A DNA stretch of 64,000 nt. Origin: an uncultured archaeon. GTDB lineage: Archaea; Asgardarchaeota; Hermodarchaeia; Hermodarchaeales; Hermodarchaeaceae. Location: positions 98,282-162,281 of the forward strand of contig CAYFXC010000005.1 in assembly GCA_964347045.1 (NCBI GenBank). Direction: 5' to 3'. The notes beneath the pieces are model-generated. The model saw nothing but the letters and a program-made list of their open reading frames with translations, searched no databases and was not told the DNA's origin. The position numbers and the translations under genes are program-made. This document shows positions 48,544-58,608 of the stretch, piece after piece. The first letter of the stretch is position 1. Each line of letters opens with the position of its first letter.

Positions 48544-49461
48544 CTATACTGGTTTTTTCCCTGCAGATAGAATGAAATCTTCAACTTGTTGTGCTGTTGG
48601 TAAACCCTCACGTGCTCCTGGAGTGGTGATTTGTATAGCTGCACAAGCGGCCGCTCGAATGGCAACCTCTTTGATGGAAAAGAGTTGGTGGAAGTAATGG
48701 ATGAATCCTGCTGAGAATGCGTCTCCGGCTCCAGTTGTATCCACGGCATCAACTTTGAAGGCAGGTGTTTTGAAGCTAGTGCATTTAGTTGCTGTAATGG
48801 AACCTTTATGTCCTAATGTTATATTCAAGATTTCGAGGTTTCCACCAATTTCTGCTTGAATATTTTTAATAGTTGGTTTTTGATTGAATATGCGCTTAAA
48901 GGTTATCTGATTCATAAAGACAATTGAGAAACTGCAAATCAGCTTCCTTAATTCGTCAATTGGTTGCTTTGATAGTTCTTCACCAACATCAATTGCTGAG
49001 AGTGCTCCTATACGTTGACAGATCACCGCAATTTGTCTTGCAATTGGAATGGAAACGCTTGCGGCATAAGCGATTTCAACATTTTTCAAAAGATTGGGCG
49101 TTATCTCCTGTGGAGAAAGACATAAGTTAGCTCCTCGATAACGGAGTTTCATTGTTTGTCCTTCTTCTCCGACTAAAATTATAACCAGACCTGTTGGATG
49201 GTCTTTTTCAAGGATTACTAACGAGGTGTCCACTTGCTCTTTTTGAAGGGAGCGCAATGCTTCATGACCCTCCGCATCATCTCCCACATGTCCAAAAATA
49301 CCTACTTTGGATCCCAATCGTGCAAGATTTGTAGCGAAATTTGCGGCAGACCCACCTGGAAATATAGTGAGTGATTCTATGTTGATCTTTTCATCGGGCT
49401 CTGGAAGATGTGAGAGTTTGCATATCCAATCCATGTTGATATTACCAATCGCACATATCAT
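48544..49461 (-). CDS. PfkB-family carbohydrate kinase
   Basis: PGGSAAN, DTTGAGDAF. Confidence 0.95.
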   Translation of the reverse strand: MICAIGNINMDWICKLSHLPEPDEKINIESLTIFPGGSAANFATNLARLGSKVGIFGHVGDDAEGHEALRSLQKEQVDTSLVILEKDHPTGLVIILVGEEGQTMKLRYRGANLCLSPQEITPNLLKNVEIAYAASVSIPIARQIAVICQRIGALSAIDVGEELSKQPIDELRKLICSFSIVFMNQITFKRIFNQKPTIKNIQAEIGGNLEILNITLGHKGSITATKCTSFKTPAFKVDAVDTTGAGDAFSAGFIHYFHQLFSIKEVAIRAAACAAIQITTPGAREGLPTAQQVEDFILSAGKKPV

Positions 49462-49549
49462 TGATGTACCCTTGCCGTTAATGCTAATGTGTCCTGATTA
49501 TAATATGTCTTTATGTCCACTTGTTTTGACAAAAATGTAGTTGTTAATG

Positions 49550-50521
49550 CTAATCCAGTCGATGTGTTATTTGGAATCCTTCTATTGCTTTTCGCCTTCG
49601 TCTTGGTGTTAGAGTATCTGTATCACAAAGTTTTCCTTCAATGACTGGAATTAATTTCTCATCTATTTCATATCCAACACTATTTCGGTGAGTTTCTTTT
49701 GCGACTTTCATAGTTGTGCCTGTTCCTAGGAATGGATCTACAACAGTGTCCCCAATGACAGAAAACATTCGGATTAGGCGATATGCTATTTCCTCAGGAA
49801 ATGCTGCTACTCGACGTGATACTTGACGATTCTGTTGCCGTGCTCCTGGGAGTTGCCATATCTGCGTAAACCATGAGTTCCTTTCACTAATCGTGTAGTG
49901 ACTAGCGTATCGAATTAAGTCCTTGGGTGGAAATGCACGAGGCTGCCCTTTTCTGAAGAGGAGTATGAATTCACAATCTTGGGTTACGTATGCGTTTGGA
50001 GGAATAAAACCGGATCCAAGGAAAGGATTAATCCGTTTGGTGGGTTTTTTCCATAAAATAAAGGGGAGAGTAGTAAATCCTACGTTCTCACAGTGCTCAA
50101 TGATCTTTACATGGTTAGGATATAATTGGAAGTTACTGTCAATTTTCCGTAACGCGTCACCAATATTGATACAGGCGATACCTCCATCGATAAGGATACG
50201 ATAGCATTCATTCCAGACTTGGGCAAGATATTCATGCATTGCATTAAAATCTGTACATCCCATCTTTGTAAACAATTCATCCCACAATTCAATCATAGGA
50301 TAGGGGGGTGAGGTCACAATCAGGTGAACAGATCTATTTGCTATTTCTTGCATGAGTCGGCTGTCACCAATTATGAGATTGTGTTTGGTTTCCGGGAGTT
50401 TTAGAGGTCGACCCTTGAGCATTTTGGCAAGTTGTCGTTCTGGATATGAAGCTGATTTTGATTTCTTGTCTGGTTTCATATCTTGTTTTTCTAGTTCAGT
50501 GCGCAAAGTCCGACCATCCAC
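49550..50521 (-). CDS. Site-specific DNA methyltransferase, beta class (N4-cytosine type)
   Basis: VTSPPY before VVDPFLGTGTT; AFPEEI. Confidence 0.92.
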   Translation of the reverse strand: MDGRTLRTELEKQDMKPDKKSKSASYPERQLAKMLKGRPLKLPETKHNLIIGDSRLMQEIANRSVHLIVTSPPYPMIELWDELFTKMGCTDFNAMHEYLAQVWNECYRILIDGGIACINIGDALRKIDSNFQLYPNHVKIIEHCENVGFTTLPFILWKKPTKRINPFLGSGFIPPNAYVTQDCEFILLFRKGQPRAFPPKDLIRYASHYTISERNSWFTQIWQLPGARQQNRQVSRRVAAFPEEIAYRLIRMFSVIGDTVVDPFLGTGTTMKVAKETHRNSVGYEIDEKLIPVIEGKLCDTDTLTPRRRRKAIEGFQITHRLD

Positions 50522-50578
50522 TCATCCCTAACAGTCTTTCGGACTCTAAAGCCTTTGCCATCTAATTGGAAAAAAGTA

Positions 50579-51313
50579 CTATAATGAAATTATTAGCCGT
50601 GCAGTATCAGAACTAGTGAGTTCAAGAACTCCTTTATTCTCCATCTCTTTAAGGACTCGAGTTGTAATTGCCGGAGGCGATTTGGCAGCCCGTTTAATAT
50701 CTGAGATAGATACTTCTTTTTTGTGAATCAACAATGCAAGGATATCTAATTCCGGAGGCTTGTGGGCTTCAGAAAGAAGATAATCTGCTACTGGATTCTC
50801 CTTCTTCACTTGTTTGATTTGTCTTTTTGCTGAAGTGAGAGCTTCTTTTTGTCTTGTGAGCTCTTGATCCTTGCTTGCTTGTAACCGCCCAAGCTCCTTT
50901 TGTTTCTCATCTATGAGATTCTGTTGTGAACCAAGGATCGCCTTTCGTTCTATTAGGTTGGCTTCGACAGTTTCCAGTTGACCTGATTTTTCCATTATGG
51001 TTGCCTTTAATTTTGCAATTTGTTGTTGTTGCTCACTGAGCTCTGTGTATAATCCTGCAATTGTTGCTTCAATTGCTGAACCTGTTTCGCGCAACTGAGT
51101 TAATTGTTCCTGGCTATGGCTTATCAACACCTGGTGCTCTTCCAGACGGGAATCAGATAACTGAAACTCGCGTTCAATTCGTGATAGGGTTTGCAGAGTG
51201 CTAGCTACTTCATTGACCAGAGCTGACATTTGGCTTCGGAACGCTTCACGTAAGGCTTTCATCCGGGCTTGATTTTGCTCAAGGAGCTGTTGGAGTTGCT
51301 TGATCTCAGCCAT
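50579..51313 (-). CDS. Long coiled-coil protein with C-terminal winged-helix
   Basis: Heptad-rich ~175 aa, then PPELDILALL..VSISDIK...TRVLKEMENKGVL. Confidence 0.75.
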   Translation of the reverse strand: MAEIKQLQQLLEQNQARMKALREAFRSQMSALVNEVASTLQTLSRIEREFQLSDSRLEEHQVLISHSQEQLTQLRETGSAIEATIAGLYTELSEQQQQIAKLKATIMEKSGQLETVEANLIERKAILGSQQNLIDEKQKELGRLQASKDQELTRQKEALTSAKRQIKQVKKENPVADYLLSEAHKPPELDILALLIHKKEVSISDIKRAAKSPPAITTRVLKEMENKGVLELTSSDTARLIISL

Positions 51314-51333
51314 TTTTTTTCACTTTCTTTTTT

Positions 51334-52110
51334 TTATAAATCAATTGGTTTGAGTACTTTCACTTGTTCTGTTTCTTTTTCTAATTTGACGATTTTTCGT
51401 TCGGCTAGCTGTTCAATTATTTCTCGCACCCTAAAAAGTCCAATAAAAGTGGTCTTTTGTATGTGATCTAAGGTGGTAGTGTCCTTCCCTTTGAGCTCCA
51501 CTGCTACTTTTGCCTCTGGCATCGTAATGATACCTTGCTGTAGAAGGTATCGTAATGCTTTGTATTTGGCATTTTGTAATTCAGCTTCATTTCGAGCTTC
51601 AGTAACTTGTATATCTAGGGTTTGAAGTTGATTTGCTAGCTTTTCGTCTGAAGAACTTAGTTTCTCGTCCACGCTAGTCATGTTCTTCTCCAAATTACGA
51701 AGAGCTCTGTCAGTATTTCTTATTTCGTCTTCCGAACTCTCTAACTTTCTTTCAATCTCAGCTAGTTCCCGTTGGAGTTTCTCCCTTTCAGCCTTCGCTT
51801 GAACAATGACCTTTTGTTGAGCGGCACTCGTCGATTCAAGTTTCACCCGCTCTTGGCTTTCAACTGAAAGTTCTCCTTCCAGTGCTGAAGCCTCCCGAGT
51901 CAATTCTTCCTCCATGGCATTTCGTTCATCCCAAATCTCTTGGAGGCGATTTGCCAACTGTTGGAGTTGTTTAATTTGGGTAAGAATCACCGATAATTCT
52001 CGCTGTGTTGAAATTTGTAGTTCATCTACCACAGATAGGTTTTTTTTCAATGATCCAATTAGTGAAGAAATTCCTGGCATAGGCGTCATCCATCCATTAC
52101 TAGTTTCCAA
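51334..52110 (-). CDS. Long coiled-coil protein with C-terminal winged-helix (paralog of the adjacent gene)
   Basis: Heptad-rich ~185 aa, then MPEAKV..TTLDHIQK..VREIIEQLAERKIV; likely start ATG 52080 or 52089. Confidence 0.75.
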   Translation of the reverse strand: METSNGWMTPMPGISSLIGSLKKNLSVVDELQISTQRELSVILTQIKQLQQLANRLQEIWDERNAMEEELTREASALEGELSVESQERVKLESTSAAQQKVIVQAKAEREKLQRELAEIERKLESSEDEIRNTDRALRNLEKNMTSVDEKLSSSDEKLANQLQTLDIQVTEARNEAELQNAKYKALRYLLQQGIITMPEAKVAVELKGKDTTTLDHIQKTTFIGLFRVREIIEQLAERKIVKLEKETEQVKVLKPIDL

Positions 52111-52300
52111 TTATTAAGGGCACTCAGATAATAATATCTAAAACTCTCAATTGTATCGAATTCCCAAAAGGGTTTTGCTAACGGTTTTCCAAAAAAATTA
52201 ATTTATTCTGAAGAAATGAATGAACTTCTTTAGGAATCTGAATCCAAACCTATTGAATTCGGTTCTTCGTATTATTAGTAAATTAAATTGCTTGAATTGT

Positions 52301-52744
52301 TTATGTGTGTTCTAATCGTTGTGAAAAGGTTCGTAATTCCCGTGTTAAATCCCTGTGCAATAAACGCGAGAGTGCACCTGAATCTCTTTGCCGAGAGGTT
52401 TTGTTCTTTGTTAAGTTTCTGGCATCTAAAATTCGTTCCAGGTATTTACAAACAGCTAGAAGATGACCAAGAATTTCTTTGGCAGCCAAACATTCCTGTA
52501 CTACATCCTTATTTTCAAAGTCTGCCCTCTTAAGTCTACGATCAAATTCGGTTATGTGATCATCAAAGATTAGATTGAATTGATCCTTCAATCGTATAAT
52601 TCCTTCCTCATTCATCGCATACGAAGTTGCCAATACCTTTCGAAGCCAGTGAATCGCCTCTGGTAAATCTTCCGGCGTTTCCACATTTGTCGCACGCCGT
52701 TTTGGTGTCTTCTCATGTTTTCTACTTCGACTGGATTTACTCAT
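52301..52744 (-). CDS. Hypothetical helical protein
   Basis: ATG 52744 with GGTG upstream; ORF track extends to 52864. Confidence 0.6.
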   Translation of the reverse strand: MSKSSRSRKHEKTPKRRATNVETPEDLPEAIHWLRKVLATSYAMNEEGIIRLKDQFNLIFDDHITEFDRRLKRADFENKDVVQECLAAKEILGHLLAVCKYLERILDARNLTKNKTSRQRDSGALSRLLHRDLTRELRTFSQRLEHT

Positions 52745-53019
52745 AATTGCACCCGCAGTCTGAAGCCTAGATCCTATCCCAGTATTCTGGAATAGAACAG
52801 GAAATATTTCGTATCGGTGAGCTATAATTATTCCGAAATTAATGTCGGTACCAATACTAGCCAAATCCGCCCCAATCCGTTGGGTATAGACCGCTGCACT
52901 ATGCAGGAATCACGTAATTAGTCTAATGATTTCAAATGAAATTTCATATCCGCAAAACTGTTAAGACTTCAAAACTCTTTGTGTTACTCATTCAAAAAAC
53001 CTGAAGGACCAAGAAAGTT

Positions 53020-53784
53020 ATGCCATTTGTTGAACTTGAAAAAGAGAAGCAGATTGCTATTGTTACAATAAAAAATCCACCTGCTAATACACTGACTCCT
53101 GATGTCTTTCATGCTCTTGAAGAAACATTTTCAAAACTTGATCAGGATGATACCAAGGTAGTAATCCTCACCGGAGCGGGAGACCGGTTTTTTATTGGTG
53201 GTGCTGATATTAAGCAATTCGAGGGAAAGGATGCCGATAAGGCAGATTCGTTGACTAGGGTAGGTCAGAATTTTACATTATCTTTAGAAAGGATTTCAAA
53301 ACCAATTATTGTCGCCGTCAATGGTTTTTGCCTTGGAGGAGGCATGGAAATAGCAATGGCCTGCGATTTTGTTATTGCCTCAGAAACAGCGAAATTTGGG
53401 CAACCTGAAATCAAATTGGGAGTCATTCCAGGATGGGGTGGTACTCAACGGATACAACGATGGATGAATCCCCAACTTGCCCGGGAATTAATTTTCACCG
53501 GTGAAATTTTACCCGCTTCAAAAATGGGGGTGTTTGTATACAAAATCGTCCCACCTGATCAGCTAATACCTACGGCAAGGGCTCTAGCAGAGCGCATCGC
53601 TCGTCATGGCCTCGTGGCATTAAAATTCGCTAAACGGGCACTCAAGGAAGCAACTCAACGCACTCTTGAAGAAGGATTGTTCATCGAAGCCCAATATATG
53701 AGAAAACTCCTTGAAACTGAAGATGCTAGAGAGGGTGTAAGAGCCTTCTTAGAAAAGCGCGAACCCAAAGTAGTAGATAAATAG
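53020..53784 (+). CDS. Enoyl-CoA hydratase (crotonase)
   Basis: GADIK, GGGMEIAMACD, FGQPE, PGWGGTQR (both catalytic Glu present). Confidence 0.93.
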   Translation: MPFVELEKEKQIAIVTIKNPPANTLTPDVFHALEETFSKLDQDDTKVVILTGAGDRFFIGGADIKQFEGKDADKADSLTRVGQNFTLSLERISKPIIVAVNGFCLGGGMEIAMACDFVIASETAKFGQPEIKLGVIPGWGGTQRIQRWMNPQLARELIFTGEILPASKMGVFVYKIVPPDQLIPTARALAERIARHGLVALKFAKRALKEATQRTLEEGLFIEAQYMRKLLETEDAREGVRAFLEKREPKVVDK

Positions 53785-53795
53785 GTGAAAAAAAC

Positions 53796-54845
53796 TTGTC
53801 AAACATATTGAAATTTGGAGTGGTGAGTACTCCGTCCGCATGGGACAGAATCCTTGATACCGCAACCTATATCGAAAAAATGGGCTTTGATTCTTTCTGG
53901 ATGCCAGATCACACGGTTGGATTCGGTATAAGACGATGGGATGCATTAGAAGCTTGGTCAGCACTCTCTGCTGTGGCTACTCAGACAAAGAATGTAAAAT
54001 TAGGCACCTGTGTGGGTGATACATATCGTCACCATCCAGCAGCTTTAGCACAGATGGTTACGACTTGTGATCACATCTCAAATGGACGAGCTATAGTGGG
54101 AGTCGGACTAGGCGAGGCTATGAATCTCTTCCCTTTCGGAATTGATCTCAAGAAACCCCTCAGACGCACTCGCGAAGCAGTGAGAGTCATGAGAATGTTA
54201 TGGACACAAGAGGTTTCCAATTATGAAGGTAAGTATTACAAATTGGATAATGCGTTCCTCCATCCGCGACCAATTCAAGAACCTAACCCTCCTGTGTGGA
54301 TAGCTGCCAACTCACCTAAAACTATGAAAATGGCTGGAGAATTAGGTGATGGTTGGGTTCCAGCAAGCATGTTTCCTGACGAATATGCAGAAAAATTACA
54401 GATTGTCCGAGATCACGCAAAGAAGGCAGAACGTGATCCGAATGCAATTGAACCGGCTGCATTTGTTTTTACAGTCGTAGCAGACGACTACGAGACAGCT
54501 CGAAAAAGTGTGGGATTGGGGGCGAAAATCTATTTCCTAACGCGACCCCGTATCCTTCATCGATTAGGATATCATGATATTACAGACGAGTTTGATATGA
54601 CTTGGAATCTGGTCATGAACTCAGATGTTACTGAAAAATTGCTAACGATGGCAAAAGAGATTCCCGATGAAGTTCTTGACAAAGCCCCAGTTTTCTTCGG
54701 TACGCCAGAAGATGTTATCAAAGGTATCCGAGCTTATCAAAAGGCGGGTGTTCAGCATATGGTTGTCAACTTCTTTGTTCCCCCCAAAATGCTCAAGGAT
54801 ACCCTGAAACTCTTTGCCACTAAGGTTATACCTGAATTCCGATAA
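53796..54845 (+). CDS. Luciferase-like (LLM) oxidoreductase, probably F420-dependent
   Basis: GFDSFWMPDH, RHHPA.LAQ, SNGR..GVG.GE, GDGW. Confidence 0.88.
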   Translation: MSNILKFGVVSTPSAWDRILDTATYIEKMGFDSFWMPDHTVGFGIRRWDALEAWSALSAVATQTKNVKLGTCVGDTYRHHPAALAQMVTTCDHISNGRAIVGVGLGEAMNLFPFGIDLKKPLRRTREAVRVMRMLWTQEVSNYEGKYYKLDNAFLHPRPIQEPNPPVWIAANSPKTMKMAGELGDGWVPASMFPDEYAEKLQIVRDHAKKAERDPNAIEPAAFVFTVVADDYETARKSVGLGAKIYFLTRPRILHRLGYHDITDEFDMTWNLVMNSDVTEKLLTMAKEIPDEVLDKAPVFFGTPEDVIKGIRAYQKAGVQHMVVNFFVPPKMLKDTLKLFATKVIPEFR

Positions 54846-54850
54846 TCAAA

Positions 54851-55273
54851 TTAGGGTATCTGAAACTCATACGACACTCGTTCTTCATCGATTTTACACG
54901 GTACTAGTTGAATTGCCATCCCAATCTTCATTTGTTCCAATGACAGATCCTTGGAAAATCGTGCGAAAACGTGTTGGCCACTATCAAGCAATCCAAGTGC
55001 TAGGATATAGGGGACATCTTCTTGGAATCCCGTGGGTGCAAAATTTACTTCGGTGTAAGTAACGAGTTTGCCATCACCTTTGATTTCAACCCATTCAATG
55101 TCATCACCAAAACAGGATGTGCAATCACCACGTGGCGGAAAATAGATTCTTCCGCATTTTTTGCACTTCGTTCCCATTAATTGATTATTTTTCAAGTATT
55201 CAGTGAATTCACCGATTTTTGCCTGTGAAACATAACTGACAAAACCAAACTGTTCAAATCCCATTATTTTCAC
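54851..55273 (-). CDS. DUF35 Zn-ribbon/OB-fold protein
   Basis: CKKCG..FPPR..C..C; PY...L. Confidence 0.92.
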   Translation of the reverse strand: MKIMGFEQFGFVSYVSQAKIGEFTEYLKNNQLMGTKCKKCGRIYFPPRGDCTSCFGDDIEWVEIKGDGKLVTYTEVNFAPTGFQEDVPYILALGLLDSGQHVFARFSKDLSLEQMKIGMAIQLVPCKIDEERVSYEFQIP

Positions 55274-55287
55274 CTCAAACCTCAGAA

Positions 55288-56448
55288 CTATACCTCAAGA
55301 ATGGTCACACTCGTATACATTCCGATACCACCAACATTATGACCAAGCGCGATTTTCGCACCATCAACTTGCACTTTTCCACCTTCACCACGAAGTTGAT
55401 GGACTAAGGTTCGAATTTGTGAACCTCCCGTTGCTCCGACAGGATGACCCTTTGATAAGAGTCCCCCATCCACATTTACGGGAATTCGTCCACCAAGATA
55501 TGTCTCTTCATCACGAATCATTTTAGGGCTGTCTTCACGTTTACAGAATCCAAGATCTCCATAAGCAATTAGTTCTGCGATTGTGAAGCAATCGTGAACC
55601 TCTGCAACATCGATATCTTTGGGCTTCACTCTAGCCATAGAGTAGGCTTGACGAGCTGCTTCTAGCGCACTTTCAAAACCAGTGAAGGGGGGTTTTCGGC
55701 CAGCAAGAGACATTGGTGTCGATCCTAGACCTAACCCTTTGATCCAAACAGGTTGTTCTGCAAACTTCTTTGCCCTCGTTTCATTTGCTACAATCAGACA
55801 AGATGCACCATCCGCGTTTGCACAACAATCAAGACTCTTTAATGGGCTAGCGATTACACGGGTTGACAACACCTTCTCCAAGGTGAATTCCTTCTGAAAC
55901 ATTGCCTTTGGATTAAATTGGCTGTAATAATGATTCTTGACGGATACTTTCGCGAGATCTTCCTCAGTTGTGCCATATGCATCCATGTGAGCTCGCGCAA
56001 ACATGGCATAGTATGCAGGCATGCTAGTCCCGAAAGGGGATTCAAACATAACGTCACCAGCGCGTCCCATCACCTCTTGAATTGCCTCTGATGTCATATC
56101 TGTCATTTTCTGATAACCAATAACGGCAACAACATCATGAAGACCAGATTTTACAAAAGACCACGCTGTCCGTAACGCAACTGTACTTGATGCACAAGCA
56201 GCTTCAGTTAGAAAAGTCGGGTGAGGATTCAATTCTAAATGTTCAGCAATAACGGCTGCAGGTGACCTCTGTTTATCATAGCCTGCTGCAGTAGCAACCA
56301 AAGAAGCATCGATATCTGTCCTACCTAAATTCTTGGTGTCCTCAATGGCTTCATGAAATGCTTCAAACGTTAAATCTCGAATTGATGAGTCTGGACGTTT
56401 TCCAAAACTACTTTGCCCAACGCCAATTATAGCAACACGATTTGTCAC
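55288..56448 (-). CDS. Thiolase (SCP2/archaeal type)
   Basis: EAACAS, HDCF, GHPVGATG. Confidence 0.93.
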   Translation of the reverse strand: MTNRVAIIGVGQSSFGKRPDSSIRDLTFEAFHEAIEDTKNLGRTDIDASLVATAAGYDKQRSPAAVIAEHLELNPHPTFLTEAACASSTVALRTAWSFVKSGLHDVVAVIGYQKMTDMTSEAIQEVMGRAGDVMFESPFGTSMPAYYAMFARAHMDAYGTTEEDLAKVSVKNHYYSQFNPKAMFQKEFTLEKVLSTRVIASPLKSLDCCANADGASCLIVANETRAKKFAEQPVWIKGLGLGSTPMSLAGRKPPFTGFESALEAARQAYSMARVKPKDIDVAEVHDCFTIAELIAYGDLGFCKREDSPKMIRDEETYLGGRIPVNVDGGLLSKGHPVGATGGSQIRTLVHQLRGEGGKVQVDGAKIALGHNVGGIGMYTSVTILEV

Positions 56449-56581
56449 AATCGATCACCTTTTCTTCGAATACAGACGTCCTCAGTAAAAAGTGTTTTAT
56501 TGTTTCATACTCATCAGCACAAAGAAATATGAGCAAAGACCGAACGATAACACTTTACTATAATCCTCGGAGTGTTCCGGC

Positions 56582-58516
56582 ATGGTTGAAATTGTTTGGC
56601 ATTCAACGGGCGATTATCAAACCAACAGCAATATTCGCCACTTTATGAATAAACATGGCATCAAAACATATGATGAACTAATTCATCGAAGTACAGAAGA
56701 CATTGAGTGGTTTTGGGATGCCGCTCTCAAGGATCTTGGCGTTGAATGGTATCATCCCTATTCAAAGGTGATGGACGACTCAAAAGGAATCGAATGGACT
56801 AAGTGGTTTGTTGGTGGCAAAATTAACATCGTACACAACATACTAGACCGTCATGTTCAATCACAACGCGCTGAAAAAACAGCTCTCGTTTGGGTGAGTG
56901 AAACTGGTGAAGAACGAATCCTTTCTTATAAACAACTAAATGAAGGAGTCTGTAAACTTGCAAATGCCTTGCAAACATTAGGTGTTGAGAAAGGTGATCC
57001 TTGCGCAATCTACATGCCAATGGTCCCAGAAACTGTAATGGCTTTATTAGCGAGCTATAAAATTGGAGCAATCGGGGTTCCAATCTTTTCTGGGTTTAGT
57101 CCCGCTGCAGTAAAAATTCGTATCCAAGATGTGGAAGCAAAAATCCTCTTCACTGCCGATGGCTCAAATCGACGTGGAAAACAAATTCCTCTTAAACAAA
57201 ATGCTGATTTAAGTATCGACGGAATCGAATCAATCAACCATTTGGTTGTGTTCAAACGTCTAGGTACTAAAATTCCTTGGAATGGAGCTGTAGATCTATG
57301 GTGGCACGATGTCATTGACGGTATGGAAACTTCTGCTCCTACAGAACAAATGGATTCAGAAGATCCTGCAATGGTGTTATATAGCTCAGGTACAACTGGA
57401 AAGCCAAAAGGTACTGTTCATTCCCATGCTGGAGCCTTAGCCCAGGCAGCAAAAGAAGTCACGTATTATTGTGATATCAAAGAAACTGACACTCTTTTCT
57501 GGTTGAGTGACCTTGGATGGATGATGGGTCCCTGGCAAATCGTTGGAGCACAACATCAAGGTGCTGCTCATCTCATCTACGAAGGTGCAATTGATTATCC
57601 TGAACCCGATCAGTTATGGAAAATCGTAGACGACCATAATGTAACAGCATTTGGCATATCACCTACTGCCATTCGATATCTCATTAGGTTAGGCGATGAT
57701 TGGGTAAAGAAGCATGACCTGAGCTCTCTTCGCATTCTAGGTTCTACTGGCGAACCATGGGATGATACAAGTTGGTTCTGGTATTTTGAAACGGTTGGAA
57801 AAGGCAAACTCCCCATAATCAACCTGTCTGGAGGAACTGAAATCTTTGGATGTTTCCTAAGTCCCATGCCAATCAATGACCTCAAGCCCAGAACCCTACG
57901 TGGTCCCGGTTTAGGGATGGCTATAGATTGCGTTGATGATGCTGGAAAGAGCATTCGAGGAGAGATTGGCACACTAATTTGTCGTAAACCTGCTCCTTCA
58001 ATGACAAGAGGCTTCTGGAATGCATCAGAACGATATATCGAAACATACTGGTCAAAATTTCCGGGAATCTGGTGGCATGGAGATCTTGCTCAAGTTGATG
58101 AAGATGGATTCTGGTTCCTTTTAGGGCGAGCTGATGATGTCATCAAGGTATCAAGCCAACGGGTGGGACCATCAGAAATCGAAACAGCATTAATCAGCCA
58201 TGGGGCGGTCTCCGAAGTCGCTGCAATTGGAGTTCCTCATGAAATCAAAGGGGCTGGAATCATTTCCTATGTTGTCCTCAAATCCGGATTTGAAATCAGC
58301 GAGGATCTCCGTGAAGAATTAAGGCAATACGTCGGAAAAACCATGGGCAAACCCTTCCTCCCTGAAGAAGTTAGATTCGTTTCTGCATTACCAAAAACCC
58401 GATCAGGTAAAATTGTTCGACGATTAATCAAGCGTGTATATCTTAACCAAGAAGTAGGTGATTTGTCTTCCGTTGAAAATCCCGAAGCCTTTGATTCAAT
58501 TCGTGATTCGAAATAG
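56582..58516 (+). CDS. AMP-forming acyl-CoA synthetase (ACS/acetoacetyl-CoA synthetase-like)
   Basis: YSSGTTGKPKG, STGEPW, GRADD, PKTRSGK. Confidence 0.93.
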   Translation: MVEIVWHSTGDYQTNSNIRHFMNKHGIKTYDELIHRSTEDIEWFWDAALKDLGVEWYHPYSKVMDDSKGIEWTKWFVGGKINIVHNILDRHVQSQRAEKTALVWVSETGEERILSYKQLNEGVCKLANALQTLGVEKGDPCAIYMPMVPETVMALLASYKIGAIGVPIFSGFSPAAVKIRIQDVEAKILFTADGSNRRGKQIPLKQNADLSIDGIESINHLVVFKRLGTKIPWNGAVDLWWHDVIDGMETSAPTEQMDSEDPAMVLYSSGTTGKPKGTVHSHAGALAQAAKEVTYYCDIKETDTLFWLSDLGWMMGPWQIVGAQHQGAAHLIYEGAIDYPEPDQLWKIVDDHNVTAFGISPTAIRYLIRLGDDWVKKHDLSSLRILGSTGEPWDDTSWFWYFETVGKGKLPIINLSGGTEIFGCFLSPMPINDLKPRTLRGPGLGMAIDCVDDAGKSIRGEIGTLICRKPAPSMTRGFWNASERYIETYWSKFPGIWWHGDLAQVDEDGFWFLLGRADDVIKVSSQRVGPSEIETALISHGAVSEVAAIGVPHEIKGAGIISYVVLKSGFEISEDLREELRQYVGKTMGKPFLPEEVRFVSALPKTRSGKIVRRLIKRVYLNQEVGDLSSVENPEAFDSIRDSK

Positions 58517-58608
58517 CTTCCAGGGGAAGTAGCCTGTTAAATGCACTTAAAAGACTGCACCGTGCAATGATGTTGAGTCACACCTTTCCGTTTGAATGGT
58601 GAATTAGA

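Noticed and set aside
50579-52110. ESCRT-III/CdvB or SMC assignment for the coiled-coil pair
   Set aside because: No Snf7 basic-acidic hairpin pattern and no Walker A/B or hinge motifs.
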